A stretch of DNA of 63,369 bases, the filler included, from Sphacelaria rigidula (Eukaryota), in the NCBI GenBank assembly GCA_964200075.2. It is 6 parts of 6 records of this genome, joined end to end, with 100 filler letters (N's around TTAATTAATTAA, not from the genome) between each part and the next. Parts side by side here need not be neighbours in the genome. Positions count along the whole stretch, not along the records: positions 42,316 to 52,792 come from CAXNAA020006429.1; positions 52,893 to 63,369 come from CAXNAA020006430.1; 4 more parts are not named here. The stretch is one strand, 5' to 3'. Position 1 is the stretch's first letter. The number at the start of each line of letters is the position of its first letter. The translations under genes and the position numbers were made by a program. Below, piece by piece: positions 52,201-63,369 of the stretch. Below the pieces are notes generated by a model. It saw only the letters and a list, made by a program, of their open reading frames with translations, was not told the origin of the DNA and did not search any database.

Positions 52201-52723
52201 AGCGCGATCTCCGGCGCGCACTTGTGCGACATCGCCGCCCGCCGCGGCCCCGTCAGTGCCCACCCCTTCTGATGCCTACGATGTTCACATCGACGTTGGC
52301 ACCTTCCCCCCGTCGCCTGTTCCTCCGCTTCCTGAGCCACCATGTCTGGTCGGCTCTCCGGCCGAAGGCCAACTGCGCGAACTTCTCGCCAGTTACTCTC
52401 ATCGTGATTGGTCTCGTGAACAACAAGCGGAACCATTATGCCGCGCAACCATGCGATACCTCCGTGCTGGCTTCCCCGCTCCTATCCCTGCCAATGTATT
52501 GGCCCCGATTGGCACACTGCCACCACCAAACGCCGCTGAGGTGTACAAACTCGCACGTAAAGGTACTATCTTCACAACTGATGACGGAATCGAATTGCTT
52601 GTCCGCCGTCCTGTGCCCCAGCAGGGTGTACCTTCACCCGCGCCCACTGGACGCCATGCACACCTACTCAACGATGAACCCACTCGGATAAATGTCCCAT
52701 TTTCGATGCCACCGTGGGTAATG
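49208..52723 (+). pseudogene. pol: pol (aspartic protease, RT, RNase H, Pro-rich linker), disrupted
   Basis: Gypsy PR, RT and RH motifs appear in ORFs 49208-49810, 50532-50951, 50990-51367 and 51581-52756, with in-frame stops between them. Confidence 0.9.
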
Positions 52724-53317
52724 AAAGAACAACAAATTGTGCGAATTGAGGTTTAACTCCGAGATGAGGTTCAAGCCTAAAACAGTGCTTTCNNNNNNNN
52801 NNNNNNNNNNNNNNNNNNNNNNNNNNNNNNNNNNNNTTAATTAATTAANNNNNNNNNNNNNNNNNNNNNNNNNNNNNNNNNNNNNNNNNNNNTGTGAAGT
52901 CGACTTTTGTGTACCCACGACATAGTCGCTCTCCACTGTTGGGCATGGTGGAATAAATATCGCCAGATCACTCTGAGAATCGAACTCCACAGCTCAACAA
53001 TCGGAAGGCTACGAGGTAACCAACTGAGCCACCGGGGCGACCGGCTCTGCAGCGCGCCAGGATTATCATTTCAATGTGACAGAGATATCGTGATTCAATT
53101 CGCAAACGGGGATGCCTTGACCCCTATTCTTGTGCAATCTAGAATCGTTAGCAGCTACTGAACCAGACAAGATTTCGCGCAAAAAATGCACCCCTACCCC
53201 AGCATTGCTCGGGGTAAAGGCTTTGGCTGGGCATTGCCCATCTGACCTTCACTTGTAAAGTGAGTTATAAGAATGCGGGTTAACAAATGGATCACCGTTC
53301 GCAGTCAGTCGAACGGG

Positions 53318-53423
53318 TTAACTCTTAGACCGCGAGGTGTCCATATGGAACATGCATACTTTTTCAAGTCAAATTCATGCCAATTCAACAGATGACCTAC
53401 TCTTGCTGCTGTCCAAGGGTAAA
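53318..53423. mobile_element. piggyBac-type MITE copy; further copies at ~53624-53738, 54263-54363, 59737-59840, and eroded intronic copies at ~37157-37264 and 38410-38501
   Basis: TTAA-C(C/T)CTT(A/G)GACCGCGAG ends and the shared internal core. Confidence 0.85.
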
Positions 53424-53959
53424 CCTTTATTTTGGATGACGAACCTCCCTCGCAGCCCTGGAAAACCCCTGACCAGTTTTGACCCTACACACAATCGCGT
53501 GCAGGGTCAATATGTACGTGCGATGTATCTCTTTTCTGGATACAACGGCAACACACAGTCAGTGCGGCATCGCTCGCCACCGAACGCAGTCTATACTACA
53601 CGCTGCCAATGTCTCGTCTGCGCAACCCTTAGAGCGCGATGCGGGTAGTCCGTCTGGGCTATACGTGTACAATTACCTTTTCGAGTGAAATTGAAGTCGA
53701 CTCAGCAGGTGATTTACCCTAGCCGCCAGGGGGTCAAGTAAGGATCAACTTCGACAAAAACACTACAACACTACAGTAGTACAGTCAGTGTGAAGATACT
53801 CAAGCTTTGTCGGTAGCACAAGAGAGGTCACGGAGACAAGGCCACAACCATAGTAAAAATCATGTTATTTGTGCCAAACCAGGCTATTATTATCTATGGT
53901 TGAATTGTCACGACCAACGTTGTCATGACCAAAATGATGAGCTAGACAACGAATACTTC

Positions 53960-54152
53960 GAAGTAGTGAAGTAATCCGTCTGTCTAGTCGATCTGTAGGG
54001 GAACAACGCGACCATTTTGATAGCGCATTCCCACCAATGCACCATCTCCGAAGTACTTTGAAGTAGCGAAGTAGTCCGTTTGTATAGTCGATCTGTAGGG
54101 GAACAAAGCGACCATTATGATAGCTCTCATTCCCACCAATGAACCATCTCCG
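53960..54152. repeat. Tandem duplication, ~100-bp period, 2 units
   Basis: GAAGTAG.GAAGTA.TCCGT...TAGTCGATCTGTAGGGGAACAA.GCGACCATT.TGATAGC...CATTCCCACCAATG.ACCATCTCCGA occurs twice. Confidence 0.85.
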
Positions 54153-55267
54153 ACGGTCAAAGGGTTGGATCATTTAGAAAGGGTTGAACCTTTTGGAACC
54201 GGGCCGCGCCCAATCTAGCAGGGTTGAGGTTTGTGCATCGGCATCACTTACAGTCATTCCTGTTAACCGACCGCGAGGTTAGTGTTCTGTTGAATCGGCA
54301 TCAATTTCAAGTGAAAAAAGTATGCATGATCCAGAAAGACTAATCTCGCGGTCTAAGGGTTAATGTGATGCCGATTCACAATGGGCCCTACTAGTGCCAA
54401 TATAGTGTCAAAATGTACAAGAATAATTATGTAACCGCGCCACAGCAAGGTCTGAAGGGGACCGCGCGCACGCAGCAAGCAAGTACTACATCATCACAAA
54501 TAAATGAATCGCCGCTACCGGCTGGCGCAGTCCGCACACCGCAGTTACGCCTAGAACTTAATAATGTTATTGGTCTACGCGAGTGCTGTCGGGATCCACC
54601 TCCTTTGTCTGGCACACGAGATGTATATTTACATCTACAGCAAAGAACTAAATGTCTGTGGCAGACGAGAGAAGTTTATATATCTTCGTACCCGGCACCC
54701 AGAAAATTACTCTTGGTCCACGACACCTGCTTCGCTTGTCTGTGTATATATATGCACTTCAGTGGATTTTCCAATTCAAGAAAATTCCTCCGAAGGAAAA
54801 CTGCAGTCACCCAAATACCCTTCTCAAATGAATGCCTTTATTGCTCGACACCCAGACGGATCGTCGTATGCAGACTGTTACTCTGATGTGCTGTAGGAGA
54901 CTGTTGCTTCTGTATTTGCTTCTGCACCGCCATGCTACGTACACTTTTGCTATCGGGGCGATCGACGTATGCCGACGCGCAAATTGTAATAGCATACTCT
55001 ATTGCGACAGCCAGTGAACGAAATCAGGTGCTTGGCAACCTTTTGACCACGAGTTGCACTGCTTCTGATCGGAGCAAATTTTTTTCGAGTGGGGATGGCA
55101 TTGGGTAGATATTAGCCTGTGACCATGGAAGGCGTCCGCATCAGATATCCAGTAGGGTGCTGCCGAAACATCTGGACAAGAAGTCTGCAGAAGTAATAAT
55201 AATGAGAATCATTGATGCTATAATAAATACCGAAAAATGTACCACTAAGGAAATATCATCTGCAACC

Positions 55268-56960
55268 GGTCGCCCCGGTGGATCAGGTGATAACGCCCTA
55301 ACACATAACGCTTGCGTCATGGGTTTAAATCTTAGAGCGACATGGACTTTTTTCTAAACACAATACCTACCAGTGTAGAGCGACGACGCGTTGTGGGTCA
55401 AGTGAGGGTACACAACAATTCGACCTAATGACCGACGAGTGAAAAGTACCGTTGGAAGCCCCTCCTCGTGATAAAAAACGGAAGTGAAGCACGGCAGGAA
55501 GAAGGGCGAGGAATGTAATACACGAAAAAGAAAAGAAAGAAGAAAAAGTCCTGTGCTGACGTTCGTCCTGTGTGGCCCCGGCTGGTACGCCCACACATAC
55601 CGAAATGAGTATAATAGTAACAGCCTGGATCCGTGTATGAGGTTCAACACTTGGGTGAGCGTCAACTCGAAGGCAGTGGTTTCCCTGGAAGTCATGATCA
55701 ATGAATTTCATATGGACAACCTCATGCTCCCCGAGCTCCTTTTTTCTTTCTCACACTTCGAACCCCTCCCTTTCCTCGGGATGAGTCCGTGGTCTCATGG
55801 GATCAACTAATTTCTACCCCGGTACGTGCCTTTCATTTCGGTCTCGCGGATTGAGTCAGCACTTCCGCACCGCGTCAACTCACATAACATAAATCCAGTC
55901 GACTACTTTGTTTACTCACGTTCTCACGCTTTCCACGGTGGAAATCATACATTACGAAGAAAAAACCCCAGTGCATCGGGAATCAAACCCCCGTTCTCTT
56001 CACCCTAATGGCGATAGTTGGACCATTACATCACCGGGGCGCGGCTCGTTAAAACTACTTTTGGGGGTTGCCCGCCTTCCCTGCCCCCAAAGCGTGTGTG
56101 CGAAAGCACCTTTTTGCCTCGATATTGGGGGCGAAAAAGGGAACGTTTTTAGCCCGAAATTGGTGGTTTTGCATACACGCTTTAGAGGCACGAAAGACGG
56201 GCAACCCCCCAAAATGGGTTTAAGGACGTCGGGGGGCATGCGGTCGTCCATATGAAATCAATTAATTGGTCATGACTCGTAGGTCGAGAAAGCACTGTTT
56301 TCAAGTTGAACCTCCCCCAAATAATGTTAAACCTCAAAAACGAATCCATGCTGTTCAGTCCAGTGTCCAGCTTATGTCCAGAATAAATGGGACGACGACA
56401 CACACGACAACAGACTCGAATTTTTTTACTTTAGAAGACTGTTCGACCTAATGTTCGACGAGGAAAAGGGACCGTGGAACCCCCTTTGGCGATAAAAAAA
56501 AAAAGAAGGCTACCACCGCAGGAGGAAGGCGGTGAAACGAAAAAAAGAAAAGAAAAACTCCTGTGTTGACGTTTTTCCTGCGGGGCCCAGCTGGTACGCC
56601 CGCATATTATGACGAAAAGAGTATACCAGCGTACATAATAAATGGGACGACAGTACACACGACAACACACTCGAAAGATTTACTGTAGAAGACTCTTACT
56701 TCTGTGTTTGCTTCTGCACCGCCATGCTACGTACACTTTTGCTACTGGGCCGTTGCTATTGATGTATTATGCGGACGCACAGACTGTAGCAGCGTATACT
56801 ATTGCGACAGCCGGTGAACGAAATCAGTTGCTCGGCAACCCTTCGATCACGAGTTATTAGCCTGTGACCACGGAAGGCGTCCGCATCAGATGCCCAGTAG
56901 AGTGCTGCCGAAATATCTGGACGGTTTTTGATTTATTATGTGACTACGAAGATAAGACTA
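55268..56960 (+). mobile_element. SINE-like family 2 (tRNA-like head, body, microsatellite-ended tail), two tandem copies with nested insertions; fragments at ~10330-10480 (-), ~54890-55205, ~57255-57330, ~57610-57765
   Basis: Head GGTCGCCCCGGTGGATCAGGTG...GGGTTTAAATC has A/B-box-like motifs. Shared body CCGGCTG(G/A)T(A/G)CGCCC...AATAAATGGGACGAC. Shared 3' part TAGCCTGTGA.CA.GGAAGGC.TCCGCATCAGAT, ending in (TAA)n or (CAA)n. Confidence 0.65.
55618..56356. mobile_element. Foldback MITE family B copy interrupted by SINE family 1 (55740-56045, - strand)
   Basis: TAACAGCCTGGATCCG...CGAATCCATGCTGTTC. The inserted SINE is flanked by GCTCCTT/GCTCGTT. Confidence 0.85.
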
Positions 56961-57694
56961 CAGTACCTGTTCCATATTCCCAGGACGACGTCACTTACAC
57001 TTTTGAGGTGGTATTTTTTTTCAAGATGGGAATTCCATTTGGACTGGTCAAGCCCAGGACACAAGTGCAAGACTCAGCGGAATGATTGTGACAATCTCGT
57101 GAATCGATGCCCATCGCGCGGTGGAAGGACGAAGACTAGAGTCCTTGAGTCCGCACGCATGACGTGCTGACGAGACCTTTATCTGATTCGTTTTGTATGA
57201 GACCATCCGTACGTAAGTTGTTCCGAAGTCGTCACATTTATATTTACTAGACTCCGGCTGATGCGCCCACATATACCGAAAGGTGTAGACCAGCGTTCAG
57301 AATAATAGGTGGGACGACGACAGCACACACAGAGGAGGGCGAGCTTCGGCGGGAAACCTTTTCAAGGTTGATGTTTGAGAGGAGAATAAAATACATGATG
57401 GTGATGCCAAAGCGACGTCCAAGCACCTGGCATCAGGGATTCCGTTGGGATGTTGGGATTGGAAAATTTCAAAACACTATTATTCATGTTCAACCTGTGA
57501 CATCACTTTCTCGAAGTTTTATACTTGACCGCCTGTAATGGACCCCCCGTTCTGTGGCCTGGTTTTTCAAGTGAAACTGATATCGAATGTTTTTTTTGTG
57601 TTTTTTTTGCTAGCCTGTGATCACGGAAGGCATCCGCATCAGATGCCCAGTACCAATGTACCGCGCAGATACTGGAGCGGTTTTTAATGTGAAG

Positions 57695-57765
<71 letters not shown>

Positions 57766-57790
57766 AATCAATCGATCAATCAATCAACCA
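57695..57790. repeat. (CAA)~23 microsatellite followed by (ATCA)n
   Basis: Directly visible simple repeats at the 3' end of a SINE-2 fragment. Confidence 0.95.
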
Positions 57791-58121
57791 ATCAGTACAA
57801 CCCATTCGATTTGTAGTCCCATATTTGGATTCTGATCGCACGGTTCCATGGAATATACGTCATGATAAGACTGACGAAACAGTTACATCTGTATGGTATC
57901 TCCGCTCCGGATTTTTCAAGTGAAAATAATGACGATAGACAAATCAGACACCCATGCGGTCGAGGGGTTGTAACGCCAAAATAAAGGGGCAAAATCATAC
58001 GTCTGTCAATCACGCCTGCACAACAGTGCTTTGCTTCAATCCCCCCCACCATCACACAAATTCCCCCCTCTCCCTCACTGTCCCTGGTAGAGCCGAGAGT
58101 CTCCGAAAACAGCTGAACGCC

Positions 58122-59059
58122 ATGTCGACCACGTCCGAGGAGCCCACGGTGGAGTCCCTGGCGGCGAGCATGGCCACTCTAGTTGTGGACATGGATACCA
58201 TGTGGCTCATGATCGGAGCCATCCTGGTTTTCTGTAAGTGTTCTTCAGTGATTCATCTCGATATGTTTGGTCAGTCGCTGGTACTTGTTCCTGACCGGGT
58301 GTTGTCGGCAGTCGATACGACGGCATTTTCATGCGATTTCAGCTTGGAGCTGTCGAATGCCGATCTCTTCTGACTGTGAGTTTTCAGATGTCCTTACTCT
58401 CGGGGTGCAATATGGCGGCAAGTATTCATAGTCGTGTGGTCCGTGTGCGTTGAATTTGCCGCCCAAGTTGGTGAAGGTGTGCATGGCGCCCTGCACCACG
58501 GTACAGCGGAGCCAGCACACGACAACATTGTGTACTGTGAATTGGGGCAAGTGGCCGTTGGATGTTGCCACATGGATACCAACACTCAATCGAACTTGAA
58601 ACCGTGTCAGCGCCTCGACTACTGTTCGTCGAAGGGGGAATGAAAGAGCGTCACACGTCAGATAACGAAATGTGCTCTAGCCTGTGCGGCGACCCCGGTG
58701 GAGTACAGTTTAGCCCTGTCATCAAGCACAGGCTGCTTGTTTTTCGCCTGACGGATTTTATCTGGGGAACAGTCGCCGAATTTTCGAAATCGCGAAAATA
58801 GTCATTTGCACCACATTGCTCGGCAGGGTGATGAGTATAAGGACTCCTCTCGTACATCAGCTGAGGCACGTTTGAAACGCTTCGCGACTGCTAAGGTCCA
58901 CTCTTCCGCGGTGTGTGTCCCCGACTGTGTCTACATGCTTGCCTCCGTCTGCTGCTGAACCCCTTGGCTCTACTATGCTATGACGGACGGTCTGACGCTG
59001 GGTTCGATTTCTACCCTTGTTATTCTTCAGTCATGCAAACGGGATTCGCCATGCTTGAG
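58122..59059 (+). CDS. AMT1: Ammonium transporter (AMT1-type), first two exons 58122-58233 and 59031-59059; remainder not found in this contig
   Basis: The splice TTC T|gtaagt ... ttcag|TC ATG gives ...DTMWLMIGAILVFFMQTGFAMLE|gtgagc, the conserved first transmembrane motif of the Amt/Mep family. Confidence 0.9.
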
Positions 59060-62000
59060 GTGAGCACAAGAACCATCAACACATAACGGGAGTATTTACA
59101 CGTCAGGACAGGCCGATAGTACATGCATTGAATAGTGTGGCTCGTCGTAAGTCGATCGTGGCCCACGAACGACATGAAACAGGCTTATGCGGTGCCCTGG
59201 TGACATTGTTCTATCTGCACGTTTCCAAGTTCAATGTTGGGGACAGGAAGAGGAAGGTACGCGCCTGAAGTTGTGATTGCGTCACTATTTCGCACTGCAC
59301 TGCGAAATCGGAACGAGCGGCGGTGCGTTCCGATATACTGTATACTGTACCACTGTATAGTTATGCCCATTCCCCCCGCGCCTCAGTTGTGTATTGGCTG
59401 CACCGATGTTGCGGCACGTCCGCGCCCCCCCTGTAGCCAGTTTCACGAAACCAGGCCTCGTTATTCTAACCGGCGCTCGCGGTCGCCGTAGCAGCGGCAG
59501 CAGCAACAGCAGCAGCAGCCAATAATGAAGTCGTGCGGGCATTGCACCGAATAATCGTTCTCTTCCGTGTTGGTCTGATTGCACGAAACAAAATTACTGA
59601 GGTATGCCCAACTCGAGTGTCCCGGATATATTTTGACAGTCAAATAGTATCGAACTACGAGGCCACCAGTACGCCGGAGTGCGGCGCGTTGTGGTTCGTG
59701 GGTTGTCGGGGTGACCGTGAGTTAATGGGCCGTATTTTAACCCTTGGACCGCGAGGGTAGTCTATGTGAACCATGCATACTTTTCCAAGTGAAAATTGAT
59801 GCCGATTCAGCAGCTGACCCACCCTCGCGGTCAAAGAGTTTGCGAGCTTGTGCGCACATGATAGTATTATCCGCTCCGTTGGTTTCACATCACATCCCTC
59901 GATTGCACGCTGTCCTTCATCCCCAAAAAGTTTCACTGGTTGTATACCGTACCGTACTACGATGGTACGGTACTGTCCATCCCCGCGTCCCCAATCTAGC
60001 CATCTCAATCCCCGTCTATCCACCGTGATGAATAGTGTTCTCAAACTTGTTGCGTTTTTTGTTGGCGTGGCGAGAGGGAAGTCTCCTTGCCGCCTTGCAG
60101 ACGGCCGAATGTCATACGCTGGAGTCCATGATTCTTATCCGCGTTGTACGCGTGCACCTGTCAGGAGTCATAACTTACCTGTGGGAAGCGACACAACCGG
60201 TTCCACCCACAGGTGCCCTACCCCTGGTCACGCTCGTGATGGACTCGACGTGTAAGCGCTGTGTGAGGAACGCCTGATACTAGGCTCCTTCGTTGATCTG
60301 AGAGAAACCGTTCTAGCATTCTGGTTCACTGTTTTTCACGTCGTTGCAGTCTAGGTGGCTTCTACTGCTTTCCGCTGATGAATCGGCCAGCAAGTGGGTA
60401 AAGTACTGGGCGCCTGAACTTTTTTTTGTTCGACAGATTTTTTTCTCGCGACTATTGATAATATTCGGAGGTTATAACTGCTAGTGCTGGCAAGGGTGGA
60501 TTTTGGTGAAAATGAACAAATTGTCTCCCCAGTGCCCAAGCTAGTCTCATTGGCCGTGAAATGGTTTTTCGACTCGAGTGCTACGAGTGGGTAGAAATTT
60601 TTCAGTGTTTTGATCGATTGATTTATCTCACTACGAGTAGCTGATCGCAACAATTCAGCCCCTGGTCTAGATCGATCGATGGCGTGTGTGAAATGATTAC
60701 ACCATGACGATGCTACTTGACCAAAACCCGAGGGAGGGCACAGTTCCTCGCTTTCCCTCTTCGTTACCGTCAGGTTTTCCTTTTCTGTTCTTCCCTATCT
60801 TCTTTAGATCTTTCTATCTGGCGATTTTCAGTCTCCGGTGCACAGAGGCTCTGTAGAGCATCTCTTTGACCAGCACTCCAGACTGAAGATCTATCATGGG
60901 ACTGGTCTCTGTTCTTGCGACAGTTTCGATTATCGCCTTCATCTATCGTAGCGTGGGTGCCCTTTTTTCGTATAAATGTTTAGTTTCTCGCCTCCTTATG
61001 CGGGCTGTTTTGGGTTATGGGTACACTGGTTGGTATCCTCCTTGCACTCTGTGACCACGGGTTCGAGAGGTGGAGTTAATGTGACGGATATAATGATGGA
61101 TGAGAAATGAATCTTTGAGAAAATATAGTCGAGAGTTGTAATGAACAAGAAACGTACTGCGTCGAGTAGAGGCCTATTACGACAATTGTCAGCTGGTAGC
61201 AGTTTCAATAGGCCTATACTTTGTGCAGTACACTTGTCGTCCAGTGCATCTTTTCACCATATGTTGTCCAGGGTGTGGAACTGATTGCAATATCCGCGAC
61301 GTACATATGGTTTCCCCGATGACCAGCCAATCTGATTTACATGTTTTTTCCCCTTGATGGCCGCCGAACACTCCGTAGGGAGCGACTCCCATTTTTCCAT
61401 CACTCAATTTGTCGATACTTTACACCTGACTGTTTCATGAACATCCCCCCTAACCCGGCCCCGAAAATCAGCTGTCGAAAATTGGTAATCAGTGATTTAC
61501 TCGGTGACGATCACATAACGTGGTGCTTACGAGCTGGGCAAGCCTGAGGACGGATTTGAGCTCTCGAAGCAAATTTTCATCGACACAAATGGAATGGGCC
61601 GTGATCCGCACATCGCATGAATTGTCCAATCAAGGGGAAGGTGCCCATCTGCTCAAAAATCTGAGCCAACAATTTCTCGTTGATCGAACCCTAGGGTCGA
61701 CCCGTGAGTCCTATACCTGACGGATATAGCGTCGACACTAAACTCCATGTAAAAACCAGGACGATACACGCAGCGGATGATGACCATTATTGGTGTGGAC
61801 TATCCCTGGAGCATAGGGAGACGATGGATGCCCTCATCTTCATCTCGTTCGTTATCCCTCTCGAGATATGGCGCACACAAGTTTCCATACCAGATTCAAT
61901 TTTTTACGAGCAGAGGCACTGGATGTTCTGAATCTGGATTTATCACTTTTTGAGTGTTCCAGCGGAGTTTTTGGGGAAAAAAGAACATTGCCTTTGAGCC

Positions 62001-63000
62001 TCATCGCCTAATTTTGGCCCAAATTTTGGCCCACCGCCCACAGATGAGAGTAACTCGAAGTGAATCAAAATATCTCCGCGCAAACGCTCGATTATGTGCT
62101 ACAGCACAAACACACTCATGCTCTGTCTTCTGTGCTGTAGCTGTCGCTGCGCTGTGGCGTCCTCAGGCCTTTCGGAGACGGATTAATCTCCGCTGGGAGT
62201 GCCTGAGTTGCTTTATATTGTCAACTCCGTTCGTCTCTATGAGGAATAATGTCGACACGCAGTGCTCTCTACCCACCGTTCGAACATTCATGGTGTGTTG
62301 GCTGTTTCGTCTCGAGTGGAAGGAATAAGGCCCTCCCCAAACCCCAAACCCATCATTCCTATGCTGTAGTGCTGTGCTGTTGGGGATGTAAACAATCGAC
62401 GACGATCACGATGCGATGTGCACTGGAGAGTGCCGGAGCAGTTGTACTGCTGCATGCTGTGTTTCGAGCTCCACAGAATAGGGGTGGGATCGAGGTGCTG
62501 TCGAAAAAAAAAAAGGTCGGAACAATCGTCCCGTGATGGCTGTACAGCTGTCTGTTGAATCTCTCTGGTACCTCAGTTATAGTCGGGTGCTGTGATTGGA
62601 GATGAATCGTCAGGCGGGTGCGAGCAGGTTGGGACAAACAAACTGAGCCAGCACGGAGCTGCTGTATCCTCGTTCTTTGACGGTAGCAGCTACCTGTGTC
62701 GCAGCGGCGTAATGTGTGGGCCAATCCGAGCTACTTTTTGACTTGAATTCTAGTCGTTTTTCTCATCTGATCGAAAAAGGGTCGCCGCATTTTGGGGTAT
62801 TTCTCTATTCAAAAACACCTTGATGAAAAAATGGTCTTTACTATACTAGAACGCCCTGTTACCAGTGAGGGAAAAAACCTGCGACATCCCGAGTTTTGTT
62901 GACAATGCCCCAGTGAGGGCCCACATGAAGAACCATACACGGCCGTACGTGGGCCGGTGAGTGGTCTGCGGAATACTGTCCCGAATTTCTACCGATCTAG

Positions 63001-63367
63001 TCTTGGAGGGCGAATGCGCCGGCCAATATTTGGGAGTTGGCGCATCAAATTGGGTACGAGCTGGGCCAGCCTAGATGCTGCATGAACGTTTGCAGGCGGA
63101 TGCGGCGGCCAATATTTGAAGTTGGACCCTGAAACTTGGTATGGATAATGCATGGGGCAAGTGAAAAATCAGGAAGAAGTACATTGAGTTTTTTTTCCGT
63201 GAGATTTGAGCGTTTTGCTGAAACCTGAAAACTGATTATTGCCCTTGACTCAAGGGAAGAAAAACTCAATGTGATTCTTCACGATTTTTTATTATGCCCC
63301 ATGCATTGTCCTTACCAAATTTCAGGGTCTAACTCCAAATGTTGGCCGGCGCATTCGCCTTTCAAGA
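63001..63367. mobile_element. Foldback element family F; related copy at ~26765-27060
   Basis: TIR TCTTGGAGGGCGAATGCGCCGGCCAATATTTGG / CCAAATGTTGGCCGGCGCATTCGCCTTTCAAGA. The inner inverted AGTTGGACCCTGAAA(T/C)TTGGTA arms are shared with the 26.8-kb copy. Confidence 0.8.
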
Positions 63368-63369
63368 AT

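Larger units (their letters stand above)
42896..52723 (+). mobile_element. Ty3/Gypsy LTR retrotransposon, decayed, truncated near the start of the integrase region close to the contig end
   Basis: Domain order is gag-PR-RT-RH. Degenerate Zn knuckle CINRDTQGHSMRDC; protease LLDSGSPQTFI; RT KKDGNIRVTVNYQRLN, FDFASGFFQ, RMPQG, YLDD; RH TDAS, ELEGG, YTDH, HRPGKTNGNAGLLSR. Confidence 0.93.

Overview
This is eukaryotic, repeat-rich DNA of roughly balanced GC content. It is most likely from a brown alga (Phaeophyceae); that is an inference from the short GT-AG exons with long introns, the gene types and the transposable element (TE) content. The window is not one locus. It is six contigs of 10,477-10,480 bp joined by 100-nt N/TTAATTAATTAA/N spacers, so adjacency across spacers is probably meaningless. 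Host genes that can be spliced by eye: a RanBP2-type zinc-finger protein (+, ~4674-6766), an 88-aa probable tail-anchored protein (-, 7474-9495), a secreted protein built from exon-encoded six-Cys modules (+, 32803-38881), the first two exons of an AMT1-type ammonium transporter (+, 58122-59059), and a tentative unknown gene (-, 17886-20900). Mobile DNA dominates. It includes a decayed Ngaro/DIRS-type tyrosine-recombinase retrotransposon with an unusually long RT insertion and a structured, hammerhead-like 3' region; a decayed Ty3/Gypsy element with its 5' LTR and PBS; a ~100-bp TTAA-targeting piggyBac-type MITE in about 11 copies, one nested in another copy's TIR; a hAT-type element filled with a 43-bp array; ~440-bp foldback elements with an AT target duplication supported by an empty paralogous site; two tRNA-derived SINE-like families; and a possible Mutator-like relic. 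No prokaryotic system or true CRISPR array is supported.
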